Assembly (NCBI GenBank): GCA_965153285.1
Contig: OZ229112.1
Length of the DNA: 64,000 nt
Strand: one strand, 5' to 3'
Source: Podarcis tiliguerta
Taxonomy: Eukaryota
This document shows positions 13,397 to 26,901 of the stretch, in pieces. The position numbers and the translations under genes are program-made. Position 1 is the stretch's first letter. The number at the start of each line of letters is the position of its first letter. The notes below the pieces were generated by a model that saw only the letters and a list, made by a program, of their open reading frames with translations, searched no databases and had not been told where the DNA came from.

Positions 13397-14518
13397 CTCT
13401 GGACTGTCTTAGGTCTGTAAGCGGCTTCTTCCAGCTTCTCTGAGTTGGGCAGGACAGATGGATACAAGTCAGTTAAACCAACCTACATTTCCTAGGGGTC
13501 AATGCTCATCCGTCCAGAGTCATTGGTATAAACCAGGAAATAACCCATAAAACAGGTCACCTCTTCCCAAGAAAGACCACAAATACCAAACCAATTCTAA
13601 ACGGAGCCATGAGGAGTTAGCCATTTCTAGTGAACAAAGTTCCCTGAAGATATTTTAAAAACCAAACACAAAAAAATCCACAAAATGGCAACAATTTTCC
13701 CTACCAAGGCTGCGTACCTAGCTTTTTCTAGAGGTACCCAGAATTCCCCCTTATGCAGAGAAAGAAGTGTGTTAGGGTGGAGGAGTGAGAGAAACTGTCT
13801 GATAGCAATGTCTGAAGTTAAATATATTAGGTGTGCACAGCATGTAACCCAGAGGAGCTTTATTTTCTTGCCTAAGGAGTTTAACCTAATACTTCTACTT
13901 CAGATGCTAATACGATAAAAGGTAACAATTCATTGCCAAGTCTATGTGCAGAATCAATTCTTTCGCTGTCTTCACCATACACTATACTTATGTTTTAAAT
14001 GTGTTTCTCTTGCAGGCACCTTGTTAATACTTTTAATTAAACTAGCATATCCTGAAGTTTCCAGCTCTTGTACCTTTTGTTCTGTCAAAAAAAGGAGGAG
14101 GAGGAGATGCCTTTGAGAGTTTTAAGATATTGCGAGCAAACAGAAGCATCATTCCCCAGTCTTAATGGAAACTTGTCTATTTAAGATGTCAGGCGATAAC
14201 TACATCCTCCCTCTTTGGAATCATCAGCTCATCTCTTAGAGCTTTTCTTCTCCTTCTGGTACACGAGGGAAGCACTGCAGATTGAAGACTTCGGTTTTTG
14301 AAAATATGCAAGTCACACAAGTAATTAATGGAGACATTCCCATGACACACTATCACTTGTTATATCTATTCTATAATTTACATCCCTGTTATTATACCAG
14401 TTGAACTGCCATGGCTCCCCCCACCCCAAAGAATCCTCAAAATTGTAGTTTAGTGAACAGGCTGAGAATTCCCTGTTAGTGTTCCCTGGCTCTCCTTCCC
14501 ATTGTACTATATATGATG

Positions 14519-14707
14519 CAGTGGCGTAGCGTGGGTTGTCAGCACCCGGGGCAAGGCAAGTAATTTGCGCCCCCTAACCCGTGGATTTGTGCCCCCTAGC
14601 CCGTGGATTTGCGCCCCTAACCTGTGGATTTGCGCCCCTAACCCTAACCCCCAGATGTTGCGCCCGGTGCGGCCGGCCCCCCCTGCACCCCCCACGCTAC
14701 GCCACTG
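14519..14707. mobile_element. Young hAT MITE with internal 21-22 bp tandem repeats
   Basis: Perfect 8-bp TSD ATATGATG; perfect 17-bp TIR CAGTGGCGTAGCGTGGG; about four units of ATTTGCGCCCC(C)TAACCCGTGG. Confidence 0.95.
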
Positions 14708-15559
14708 ATATGATGTGCAGTTGCACCAGTTTTGTTACTGTGGTCGATTGTTCACTTGAACCCCTTTCAAACCTTCTTTCAATGCATGCTGTCCCCATAC
14801 CCAATCTCCACCCATTTATCTGAGGGTCAGAGCAAAAACTACCTGCGTAATCAGAACCCTTTACTCCAGGATTCCCAATCATAAGGAGAGAATCCTACAT
14901 ACATAAACTTGTACATGATGTGCATATTCCAAGCTTTAAATAGGCATGTTGATGTTAGGAGAAGAATTCGTATGTACAATCCTGCTCCCTTCCCTATGCA
15001 TGGAAACAGCATGTGAAAATGGCTTATTGGTGATTTTTTTTACTGCTTCCTAGGCTTCAATATGCATAATTTACCTTGTCTTTTTTTAACCATCCTGCCA
15101 AGTTAAAGCAATGTTTATCTCAAAAATATATATATACCTATCCAGGATTAATGAATACCGACAGTATTTCTAATGGCCTTTTTAATGGGCACAATGATGA
15201 TTAATTGGAGGCTTCATAAAACTCGAGGAGTTCTCATTACAGAACAGCATGGTGCCCAGGCACACCATGTGGGCGACCATTATTACTAAATCGTCATTGA
15301 ATCATGAGATGCATGGAAGATAAATTGCATACAAGTCTAGAACCACTAGAAGCTGCTGCTACGACAGAGGCAACTGTTGTTGTTTTTTAATTGATACTTC
15401 TTTTCCAGTGTCCATATGGTCAAAGAAAACATATAACGTTACAAACAAATAATTAGCACAGAAGCTAAACACATACCTATCAAGCAGCATACAGTATCAA
15501 TTTATGTAGATTTACATTTATTTATTTTTGTAAGGTGGGAAAGCCCTCAAAAGCCTGCT

Positions 15560-16575
15560 GTGACTAATCTGCTTTGCATTTTGCAGACAAAATTGCTCAC
15601 ATCCATTCCAACTTGGATGCTGCGGGTTTAACGGAGTCAGAGCGAGAAGCAGCTAGAGCACTATCTAGGCATATTGATTTTTTTTTTAATGTTTCATCTT
15701 GTGCAGATTACATACACAAGTCTTTTGGAGATTTGTGTCCAACCACCTATTCTCTGGATGCCTTGCCCTTCCTGGTTATTAAAATCTGCTAGGTTTGGCC
15801 TGGCCATATGAACAGCAGAGATGGCTTATGCTTCTCTAAGAGGGAGTGCATTTCCTACCATCCTTAAAGAAGAGGCACTCAGGACACCCACATTCTGCCC
15901 AGTATCTCATGGTTCACTCTTAAATAAGATACTGGATATTCAACTAGGTGGTATAGGATAAAATAATTATTTGGATCCCTTTCAATCTGGTTTCCACTCT
16001 GCTTTGGGCCAGAAACAGCCTTTACTGTCCTAGTGGATGACATGCAGGAAATCAACAGGGTCAGGTTAAAATCTCCTGAATTTCCCCTTTTTTTAATAAT
16101 AACTTTTATTAATTTTCAATTACAATAATCCAGTAAAAGCCACACTATCACAATACCAAATTACAATACAATTTTAAAAAACCAATTATTCAAATACCAT
16201 ATTAAACAATTTTAGGTGACTTCCCATGTGCTGGATTTTGTTCCAGATTGCTTAACCAGACTGGGACTGTGGGGCACAATGTTACAGTAGCTCAACTTCT
16301 CTTGGGAGGGTTAGGTCCAGAAGGTGGTGCTGAAGGACTATTGCTCTGTCCCATGGCCATTGGCTTTTGGACCAGGTTTTTACATTTGTTTTAATGCTTT
16401 GGTCTTCCAGTCTTAAGCTGTACTTTGAACAATTGCTGCTATCTGGTGTGGAATGAAATGGTTTAAAGTTGTTATCATTTGTTTGTTTTTTACCTGTTGG
16501 ATTATGATTTTGTTTGTGAACTGCCTTGCATAGGTGTTTTGCCCTGAATGGCAGTATTACAATGCTTAAATAAAT
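15560..16575 (+). mobile_element. Degraded L2 LINE (ORF2 relics and 3' end), interrupted at about 16088-16250
   Basis: Translates in pieces to HFADKIAHIHSNLD, PTTYSLD and YLDPFQSGF...ETA...VLVDD (L2 RT motifs); TGTGAACTGCC...AAATAAATAAA 3' end. Confidence 0.75.
16088..16250 (-). mobile_element. L1-like LINE 3' UTR/poly(A) remnant
   Basis: Poly-T, TTTATT (reverse AATAAA), A-rich body and GACTTCCC motif as in the L1 copy at 49724. Confidence 0.45.
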
Positions 16576-17554
16576 AAAGATCATAGGCAAAGAGTCAACA
16601 TAGCTCCAAGGTCTGAAAATGTAAACCTTATAATTACAGTTGCATACCTCTTTCAATGGAGTAACTCCCTAATGCACAGCTAATAACACTGAGTTGCAAT
16701 CTTCCTCTGCTGGGGCAGTCATTATCTCTCTCCCTCATTTGGCTCTCTTTTATTTTATTTTTTTGCTTGCTGATTAATCATAAGGCAAGTGTGCCCAGGT
16801 GTGGTCAGCAATCTGGTCTCATTAAGAGAGGGATAAGATAGCAGAACTGAACTCAGAGGGAAGGAGACATGCAGTTAAGCTTACCATGTGCAGAGAGGTG
16901 TGATTTGAGACCAGCATCTTTTCAGTATCTCCAAAAGTGATCAGCCACAGAGACAAAGCCAAGTCTTGCCTGTTTATGCACAACCTGGACAGGAAATGTC
17001 TGCTTCATGATAAAAAAAGTCCTGGTATATGTTTCCTGCTTAAAAACTGGATAAAGGCCAAGAAGTAATTGCCAGGCTAGGCTTATCTGATTAATTAATT
17101 CCTTCCAAGAATGTTTTTAATACTACAGATTTCCAGAATGAAATTTATCTACTCAAGACCCTTGAACTGTATTGCAACTACACTTCATTTTAAACTGGCT
17201 CTGCAATGTGTGTTGTGTATACTTCCAAGGGCAACATGACCAAAGAAAATGCCAAATTGCTCACTGTAATAGGGTAATCATAGCAGGAGAACTTTTCCCA
17301 CATGTGGAGGAATTCTACATTGTAAGTTGCTCTGGGTGAATTTTTGTAAAAAAATAATAATAAAACCATCAATTACTAAAAAATACAATTAACAACAGAA
17401 CCCTCTTTTCCCTCTCCCCCTGCAGTGTAAGCACATAGACACTCAGGACGTGAAATATTACACAACCCGTAAGGAGATATCTTCTTGATTCCTTTGGGCT
17501 CAAGGCAGTACTTCCATGGCCACAGATCCCATTGAAACAGAGCTTCCCATAGGG

Positions 17555-17690
17555 TGGTGATGGCCAAACTGGGCCCTCCAGCTGTTTTGGGGCTACAGTT
17601 CCCATCATCCCTGACCACTGGTCCTGTTAGCTAGGGATGATGGGCGTTGTAGTCCCAAAACAGCTCGAGGGCCGAGTTTGGCCATCACTG
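17555..17690. mobile_element. Palindromic hAT MITE (136 bp)
   Basis: Perfect 8-bp TSD CCATAGGG; arms of about 55 bp are near-perfect inverted repeats (GTGATGGCCAAACT...CCCATCATCCCT / AGGGATGATGGG...AGTTTGGCCATCAC). Confidence 0.92.
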
Positions 17691-17856
17691 CCATAGGGCC
17701 TTATCTGAACCCTGTTTTCACCCCATCTCCCTTCAGTAGACAGGCGGGCACCAGGCCAGGTCCTACTGGAAATGGAAGTCTGTGTGTATGTTTGCGTACC
17801 TCCCATATCCCCATCCACCAGGCCCCTTCCAGCATATTTTTTGAGCAAGAAGAATA

Positions 17857-18095
17857 CAGTGGTACCTCTGGTTAACAACTTAATTCGTTCCGGAGGTCTG
17901 TTCTTAACCTGAAACAGTTCTTAACCTGAGGTACCACTTTAGCTAATGGGGCTTCCTGCTGCTGCTGTGCCGCCGCTCAATTTCTGTTCTTATCCTGAAG
18001 CAAAGTTCTTAACCTGAGGTACTATTTCTGGATTAGCAGAGTCTCTAACCTGAAGCGTTTGTAACCCGAAACATTTTTAACGTGAGGTACCAATG
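17857..18095. mobile_element. Tc1/mariner-pogo MITE, TAACCTGA family
   Basis: TA TSD; CAGTGGTACCTC TIR; homologous to 33488, 57753 and 60255. Confidence 0.93.
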
Positions 18096-19135
18096 TATGT
18101 GAACTGGGCTTATTTATCTGACAACCGATTTGATACCATTGCGGCAGGTATTTAAACAGAGCATGGATGACCAGCTATGAGGCATGCTTTAGCTGCAATA
18201 TGTCTACACAGGTCAGAATAGGGGGGTGAACTAAATGACCTTCCGGGTCCACTCTCACTCTCACAGTCTGCTATTTCACTGTAGTTCGCAAAAAGACATT
18301 TAAAATACAGCACTCTAAAACTAGCCAACAGCAAATAAAAATGCCACGAGATCAGCACTTGCAACGAATGAAGTAATGGGAAGCATTCCCCACAGAGTCC
18401 TGCCTGCATGTTCCTCAAGGTGAAAAGAGGGAAGAGGGGGCTATGTGAAAAGGTTTTCCCACCCTACACTATGGGGTTCCCCTGTATGTAGGCCTCTCCA
18501 GTAGGAATGGAGTGAGCCCACAGAAGTTGAGACTTTTTTCAGACAAACAGCAAATGGCTCCAAACGAGTTCAGGGCCCAGAGCTTTTAAGGTTCTCCATA
18601 TTTAACCTGGATCAATAGGAATTAGTTTAAGGCTTACTTCCCTTGAACAGACACTGGTGTAAATCAATCTGCTTCTGAATGTACATGAACTTAACAATGC
18701 CTGTGCTGCAGTCAACATGAATTGACTACCAAATCTAAGTGTAGGATAATTATACTTTTCACATCACCTTTGGACAGATGTTTTAAAAAGGTGACGCGAA
18801 ATACATTTCACCTGCTAGCAGGCATTCAATCGATCAGTGTGTTGGCATCGCAAAGTTATTTGAAGTACTTGTTTGAAGAATTGCTTGAGGATATTGAGGC
18901 TGCAGTGGACAAAATTAGGTCCTGGAGCGTAATCCCTCAAAGGCACCTCCAGGGCATAGAGAAGTTGTGTGGCCACAGTAGCAACAGTGACTGCAGGGCA
19001 TTATCAGCAGTCATTATAAAAAGTGTGGCTTGCAGCTTCCGAAAGTTCATTGAAATGCCACAGGGCGAGATAAGCTAGCTAAAGAAGGGGGCTGGCATCG
19101 TTCTGCATGGGGCTCAGTCTCTTGTGAATCAAGCA

Positions 19136-19260
19136 GAGGTTTTTAAACAGAGGTTGAATGGCCACCTGTCATTGATGTTTTAGTTGAGATTCCTGCATAG
19201 CAGGGGGTTGGGCTAGATGATGTTCAGGGTCTATTCCAACTCTACAGTTCCAGGATTCTA
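19136..19260 (+). mobile_element. CR1 LINE 3' end
   Basis: GAGGTTTTTAAACAGAGGTTG...GCAGGGGGTTGGGCTAGATGA...TTCCAACTCTA...GATTCTA. Confidence 0.85.
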
Positions 19261-20077
19261 AGCAGGTCCAAGTGAGAGCAGGCATGGCCCATTGATTACA
19301 AAAGGATTGAATGGATTATCACAGCTGGAGAGTCTCGTAATGCAGAAGAAAGCAGCTCAAGCCCTTTCCATGTAGAGAGAGAACACCTCTCCTGTCAACT
19401 CCAGTTAAGGCAGGCAAAGCCAGTGACTCTAACTTACATGGTGAGGTGGGAAAAGCAGATACCAACCCTAAAAGTGCTACAGAGGGAGGCGGGCTTTCTG
19501 TGCTATCTGTTGGCTTCAAATTAATTTCATAATTAATTTCATAATTTTATAATTGGACAAAAAAATTGAAAGAACATAAAAAAAATTCAGTTTAAAAGTA
19601 GTGTAATGAGCAACCGAAAAATTTCCAAACCAATAAACATTTGCCAGACATCTGTACAAAGATCTTAGCTATTCTCAATAGACTGCATTACTGTGAGATC
19701 ATCCAGAAGAACATTTGGCAAGTAACTGCAGAAGGGGAATCCTTTGGCTGACAAATTCTTTTCAAATATTTTCTCAATATTCATGCATGTATACGGAACG
19801 AAGGAAGAACATTTGTGCTTGGTTATGCATGCTATCTACTGATTTCACGGGTTTTTAAATTTCAAAGTGTGCTTCTCCCCCACCCCCCTTCTAGATAGCC
19901 TTTCAAACACTAAATGAAAGAAGGAAAAGGTGGAGGAAGATAGTTTACATTGCATGCTTTCTGGTCACTGCAGCACCATTTCCCAGGAGCAGGAAGGGTG
20001 CAATGTCAGTCATTCCCATCTGCAGCAATTTCATTGGGGTGTCTTTTCTGGCACTTTATCAAAATGAAAAAGCAATG

Positions 20078-20447
20078 TGTTATGTACTGAGTTGAATAGG
20101 ATCCAAACTGCAGCAGTCTGATTGGACCTAGAACAATAGGATCCAAAATGCAGCAGTCTGATTGGTCCTAGAACAATAGGATTCAGAATGCAGCAGTCTG
20201 ATTGGTCCTAGAACAATGCAGCAGTATGATTGGTTGGCAGGAACCACCCAGTCATGCTCCAGATAGAAGTGAATCCACAACCTGATTGGCTTACAGTAGA
20301 ATTCCGGAATTAGCCAATCATGTGCAGCCCATTGTGTAAATAATGTATATAAAGCAGATACTTTGAGGGGACATTGATTCATTCCTCCTCACCACTATGA
20401 GCTGAATAAAGAGCATGAAACCCACTCTCGGCTCTGAGTATATTTCA
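20078..20447 (+). mobile_element. Solo LTR (370 bp)
   Basis: TG...CA ends, perfect 5-bp TSD CAATG, TATATAAA at 20346, AATAAA at 20405, 40-bp tandem repeats in U3. Confidence 0.9.
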
Positions 20448-20580
20448 CAATGGTTTCTAAATACTGACCCAAGCAACCTGTGTGAGCCCAGACATCGTTT
20501 CTGATCTCCCTCCATTACACTGTGACTTATACACATCTATAAAAATATGTACTCGTCTCTGCAAAGAGCTTAATAGAATG

Positions 20581-21192
20581 GTAAAGGTAAAGGGAACCCT
20601 AACCATTAGGTCCAGTCACAGACGACTCTGGGGTTGTGGCGCTCATCTTTCTTTATTGGCCGAGGGAGCTGACGTACAGCTTCCGGGTCATGTGGCCAGC
20701 ACGACTAAGCCACTTCTGGCAAACCAGAGCAGCACGTGGAAACGCCGTTTACCTTCCCACCGGAGTGGTATCTACAGTGGTGCCCCGCAAGACGAATGCC
20801 TCGCAAGACGGAAAACCCGCAAGACGAAAGGGTTTTCCGTTTGCAGAGGTGCTTCGCAGGACGAATTTCCCTATGGGCTTGCTTTGCAAGACGAAAAATG
20901 ACGAAAAAATTTGAATTTTTTTTTTGCTCCAAAACCCCTTATTTTGAATTGCTAAGCTGCTAAAAGCATTTTAGCAGCAAAACCGCTAATCCCCCACCCC
21001 TTAAAAAGCCGTTTTTAGCCCTTAAATCGCCAATAGCGCTAATAGCGCTACTCCGTCAATGGGCTTGCTTCGCAAGACGAAAAAACCGCAAGACGAAAAG
21101 ACCCGCGGAACGGATTCTTTTCGTCTTGCGAGGCACCACTGTATTTATCTACTTGCACTTTGACATGCTTTCGAACTGCTAGGTTGGCAGGA
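20581..21192 (-). mobile_element. 5'-truncated Sauria SINE interrupted by a TA-MITE
   Basis: SINE sequence is collinear on both sides of 20775-21141; TSD AATAGAATGGTAA / AATAGCATGGTAA. Confidence 0.93.
20775..21141. mobile_element. Tc1/mariner-pogo MITE, GCAAGACGA family (longer variant), nested in a SINE
   Basis: TA duplicated at the SINE's CTATTT site; TIR CAGTGGTGCCCCGCAAGACGAA / TTCGTCTTGCGAGGCACCACTG. Confidence 0.95.
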
Positions 21193-22188
21193 AATAGCAT
21201 GGTAACACTCTGTTAAAACTTATCACAAAATATTGATAGCTGCAGTCTTAGAATGAGGTGTGAGCCATGTACCTGTCACCTGTAAAGTCAACGATAGGTT
21301 TTGAAAGCTTATTGTCATTCCCAGCAAAATCTGCCTTGCCCCTGTTTGTCTAGGATTCCAAACAATTGGCCTAGTCAGTTGTTAATTCTGATCAAGAATG
21401 AGTAGGGCTTTGGCACACTTTACTTTGGAAATCTAATTTTAAAGAAGGACTTGAAATTCTAAGCCGTGTGCCAGATGTGGCTGAGTATGTCAAAGAAAAC
21501 TGTATTTATGTCCAAGGAAAGTTGTCAGCTCACTCATTAGCTGAGCACCCCTCTTAGCTACTATGTGGAACAGAGGGAACTCATTCATCTGACTTGCAGG
21601 TTAAAAGAAAGACATTTTATTCAGCAATGGAGGTTGCTTTTGATGGAAGATGAAGATACTCAGAAATGCCTTCAGGGATCCCAGGTGTACATATCTAAGC
21701 AAAATCTTCTTAAATTACTAATGAACCATCATAATTGCTACTGGTGAGCTGTCCCCTCACCTACCCACACCCTCGGAGAAAACTACTAATTTAAGAAAAA
21801 AGTATTCCTGGTTTTTATTTTCCCTGTGTGTGTTTATAAATTTCAGATGTTCAAATTACAGCTTATCAAACTTTTAATGACAACGGTGAGGACAGTGAAA
21901 TCCAGAGTTTTAAAAAATAAAGCACTAATGGATTTAAGGTCTGTAAAGAGGGTAGGAAGTGATGGATTTCAGCTGAAAGCAACCATATGCAAATAACATT
22001 GCCACAGAGATTCTGTCTTTCATTTGATCTATTTCCACTAATGAGTATCTATAAGTTTTCCTACGAAAAGTCAACTACCTTTGTTTTGCTTTTGAGAGTT
22101 TATAGAACCAGAACTCACTTATTTGAACATACAAAAGAAGCCAGTGCCATTAATCGCGAATGGTTTTTGACCCAAGGGAGGCTGCAAT

Positions 22189-23110
22189 TGTAGTGGAGAG
22201 TGTCCAGGACTGGCCAGGCGATGAGGAGCAGTGGGGAGGCTCCAGCCAGAGAACCCCATAGGGAAGCCTCAGAAGAGGAAGGCTCCAAGCAGGGAAAGTG
22301 GTGGTGGGACAATGAAAACAGTTCAGAGGAGGAATGCGGGGGGGGGGGGGGATGCAGAATAAGAAACAGGCTTGAGGGAGAGAGAGAGAGACTGCAGATG
22401 TATGACAGATTCACAGGAGCCAGAAGGTCCTACTGCGTTTTGCTGACCTTTAAAGCCCGAAACAGCCTCAGTCCAGTATACGTGAAGGAGTGTCTCCATC
22501 CCCATTGCTCAGCCCGGACACTGAGGTCCAGCTCTGAGGGCCTTCTGGCAGTTCCCTCCCTGCAAGAAGTGAGGTTACAGGGAACCAGGCAGAGGGCCTT
22601 CTCGGTAGTGGCACCCACCCTGTGGAAAGCCCTCCCTTCAGATGTCAAGGAGATAAAAAATTACACAACTTTTAGAATACATCTGAAGACAGCCCTGTAC
22701 TGGGAGGTTTTTAATGCTTGGTGTTTTTATTGCATTTTCAGCTGCCCAGAGTGGCTGGGGAGAGCCAGCCAGATGAGTGGGGTATAAATAAAATAATAGC
22801 AATAACAACAATAATAAATGTTACAGAGCAGAGAGCTCAGAGGGCCCCTCTCCAGTAGAGTTTAAGACTGCTGGGAAGACAACAGAACAGGGAGGAGCCT
22901 TAGGAGGAAATGGGAGACCCAGATCATCAACTCAGGTCAGTCATACTGTAGGTATGATTTCTGTGTGTATATATTTTGTGTGTATTCTGCTGCCTTGAAT
23001 AAAAAATTATATTTACTATTCGGTTCTGAGTTTCCAAGCTGACCTACAGCTGAACCAGCCAGGGTAGCCAGTAGTCAGGGAAGAGGGGATCCTCTTCTGT
23101 GCTATCCCTG
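22189..23110 (+). mobile_element. Probable LTR-like element interrupted by L2
   Basis: Starts TGTAGTGG; purine-rich GAG/GAA body continues on both sides of the L2; AATAAA at about 22998. The 3' end and TSD are not resolved. Confidence 0.4.
22437..22818 (+). mobile_element. L2 LINE 3' end (ORF2 C-terminus, 3' UTR and tail)
   Basis: VLLTFKA...RTLRSSSEGLLAVP...RAFSVVAPTLW.ALP...F..HLKT.L is the L2 ORF2 C-terminal motif; (AAT)n-like tail. Confidence 0.92.
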
Positions 23111-25330
23111 CTGTAGGCACTCTATGAATTTGCTGTTATCAAAAAGAACAATACCTTGAGCAGATGGAGATTTACTTTCCTTGTGCACTAGTGCACCCAT
23201 CACAGTCAACCCCATCATATATAACACAGAATTAGAGAAAGGGTGGGGGGGGGGTTAGGACAATTCATTTGTGTTGACTTTCTAGAAACTGCACTCCTGG
23301 CATGTACATAAAGAGCAGATTAAAAACCTAGTATTAAATTAGAAGTAGAATCTGAACAGTATCCCTTCTTCAATGGACACACCCAAACACAGGGTGCCTC
23401 CTAGCAGGTGTAGAGTGTCTTTCCCTAATCACTGAGAAATCACATTCAATTAAATCATTCCTGGAAGATTCTTCCTCTAATCCCTGGCATCCTGGGATGA
23501 GAGCATCCTTTCTTGGCTGTGTCCTTCACCTCGTTTTGCAGGAACTGGAAACTCTCCTAAACCAGACAAGTAAATTTTCAAGGAATCCTGCCAGCTCCCC
23601 AAACCAGCTTTCTCCTTCAAAGAAAGGAAGCTGCTGGAATGCTATTGTATATTATATAATTACTTTTTGAATGTTCATGTGTGAGTGTCATTGCTTATGT
23701 AGCCAAAGGGGTGTCAACTGCAAAGAAGATGGCTCAGCAAACTCAGAAGTGTATAGATGTATCAAAAATATTTACGGAACGCCCCCCCCCCCCCCCATTT
23801 CCCCTGCTCCAAAAGAATTTAGTCCAGTGAGGACTGAGGATGTTAAATGACCACAAAATGCTAACTAACTATTGGCTGGGGAGGATGAAAACCAGATGTG
23901 AATGGGAATGGAATGGAACATCATGAAGAGAGGGCATGGCTGGCTGACTATCATAGTGAACAGGAGAAATTCCATGTTTCATTGTTTTGTGGCAGGTCCC
24001 ACTTGCTCTCTGATTTTTCCCCCTTGCTGTATTTTAAGCTCACATACCATTTTTCTTGGGATCTCAATTATAGGGCTGAAATATATCCAATATATAATAA
24101 TAAAAACTATGTACTGTATTTCTAAAGCACAAAAAAGTAAATCAATACTTCATAAAAGATAGCATGCACTAAAGATGATTAATTCTCAACAATATACATG
24201 AATCTGGCTCCTCAAGACAAAAATAGACCAAAGTTAATTACTAAATATTCTATACAAGAGTACGAACGCATTCTTTTCATCCAGGCAAAATTCATTTAAT
24301 AGAAAATAAGATTTTCTATAACTGTCAAATTCCAGTTCGCCTGAAAAGCCCAGAGTACTGAGCAGTATGGACAGTCCTATAATTGCCTTTTTTGAGGATT
24401 TGTTAGGAGCTTCATTCTGTATCAAATAATAAGAAAAAAAACTTTTGTGAAGGTAAAGGCAGACCTTTAAAGGTCTCTTTCACTTGGATAGTGCCTCATT
24501 CCATTATTCCCAAAGCTCATGTAGATTTTATCCATCTCATGCTTTGCAAGGTCGTATTCTTTTGTGGCACCACTTTTGTTATGCCCCAGGTTTTGAGATC
24601 AGCAAATACACTCCTATTAAGTTTAAATAAGCACAACCCTAGCCTTGGAGGCTATCTTTGACATTGGACTTCAAGAATTTGACCCCCTCCTCTTGCTTCT
24701 CAATGAAAAGGAGGCAATAATGCTTTGCTTCATAATGCACACCTCAAGATTGCATCTGTAATGAAACACTTCAAGTAGGGATCAGTTATAGCAGCAAATG
24801 GCTTTAACATTTCCAGTGAGCAAAGGAACTGAAAACATACGGGTGCTCCATGTTTACAGATCAAAAAGAGTGCAGAGCTAAAAGCAAGGAGAAGCAGAGT
24901 AGAAAACGTTGCTTCCCTTCTCTGCTAAGAGTCTTCAAAGGTTGTATTTAAACTAACAATCTGTAAGGAAAGAGAATGCCCTCCATGAATACCTAAGCCA
25001 TGCCAGAATAAGCTGACAGTTGCACAATTGAGTTTCTCTGTCAATGCTCTTCGTGACCCATTTTAATAGCATACTGGCAAATAGTAGCCAGGTTTACTCC
25101 GCCACAACCACCACTGCTCTAAGAATGAATTACTTTATCTTGGCATGTACTTATTGGTTCATTTGCTGCACTTATTCATATCCTACATTTCAACACACAT
25201 ACAGTCTTCCAAGGTGGCCTATAGGAAACACTAAACTACTTGAAAAACAAAACGAAAAAGAGTAAATATACATTTTTCTGACAACGCAAGTATGAAGTGG
25301 ATGTGCAGAACTGTAAGGCTGTAGGTGGGG

Positions 25331-25534
25331 CAGTGCCAGATTCCCAAATAGGCAGAATAGGCACCAGACTATGGGCCCCACACCTTTAAGGGGCCCCATG
25401 ACAACAGATCAAAATAATATTGATTTGATCTTGACAGAAAATTACAATCAAGCTTTCTCAGTTCAATAAAGGGGGACGAGATTTCGACTGTCATGGGGCC
25501 TCCACAAAGTTTAATATGGTTCAATATGGCACTG
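25331..25534. mobile_element. Old hAT-like MITE
   Basis: TIR CAGTGCCAGATT / AATATGGCACTG; TSD AGGTGGGG / ATGTGGAG (6/8); GGGGCCCC subterminal motifs. Confidence 0.7.
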
Positions 25535-26901
25535 ATGTGGAGCTTATGTAACAGGAAAGAATAAGGAAACACATTGCTGTTCAGTCACTTGCCAGCCATA
25601 CTGCTGCTCAGAGCTTGGTAGAATTTATCGGGAGATGTGCCCTTCTCTCCCACACCCGTGTCCTATATTACCGTGGTTATATATTTATTTATACCCAGCC
25701 TTTCCTCCTAACAGGGACATCTGAAAACATTGATAAAACTACACACACACACACACATTAAAAATCTATTAAAATCATACAGACCAGAAGGCTAGGATTT
25801 AAAGCAAATGTAGGAAAACACAGGATTCTGGCATATGTTTATAATAACAGCTAATACACACCTATGGCAGCTACTTTTGGGTAAACTGAGGATACCACCG
25901 CCTGTATATGGTGTGACATTTCTAATAATTCTCAACAAAAGCACACATAAATTACTGGAAAACTTGATCCTAGAAACAAATTTTGCAGCCATGCACCTTT
26001 GTATATTTTGCGAAAGTTAATTTCAGGGTTTGGTTGGAATGCAATTACATTCTTGAAAGCCAGTGTATCGAAGTTCCGCCTCAAAAATGAGAGGAAAATA
26101 ACACGATGCTTTGATTGAAACGTGTCTGTAGTCAATTCCTGGAATGCTGCATACTTCACATAGATTTCCTCACCCTGTCAAGCAAAGAAAACCTTCATAA
26201 TCAGTTTTGGTACCCCAGAGCTCTTCCAAGTCTCAAAGTAATATTCCGAAAACAGTTCACATAGAGCACAATAATGTTCCCAGACCAAGCCTGTTAAAGC
26301 ACCAAGAAAACACAGAACTTCAAATGACAGAATCCATAAATTTATAAAACCTCCTAGGCCATCTACATGAGCATATGAAACCCAAGGGAGCACTTTTCTC
26401 CTCTGTCAGCTCCCCCCACCTCTCTCCTAAGGCAACAGGGAGCCATTTTTGGCTGCAAAGTAGCAGGGCCTGTTGCCACTGTTTTAACATGGGACTCCTA
26501 CAACTCACTCCCCCCCCCATCCACCCCCACTCCCATTCTTTATTCTATTATATACTCTGTTGGATGGAGGAGCAGGGGAGACGTTTATTACAGAGACATC
26601 AAAGCAAGAGAGCTATTTACAATTTTGCCGAAAGATTTAAACATATTCCTGCAAATATGTAGCCAAGGGAAGCTGCTAATAGCATACGACCGCCAGCACT
26701 CAATATTTTTATTGAGGATTTTATGTACATGCTAAAGATACTATAGTTATGAAATGCTGCTTTGCTATTTGAAACTTTTCTTATCAACCTCATAGGGAAA
26801 ACCATCTCCAGCAGAATTTGGCAGAAAAGTGTCCAATGACACAGCAACTGCCATGCAAGTTTTGATTACAGCAGCTACATTATAAAAATCTATTCTTGAT
26901 A

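Noticed and set aside
18722-19078. 118-aa ORF as a coding exon
   Set aside because: TTG start, no recognisable domain and no convincing splice sites; may be conserved non-coding sequence.
22200-22787. Longest ORF (195 aa) as a host gene
   Set aside because: Chimera of a purine-rich LTR-like repeat and the L2 ORF2 C-terminus, with a non-ATG start.
26175-26291. 117-nt minus-strand segment with good splice sites
   Set aside because: Stop codons in all three frames.
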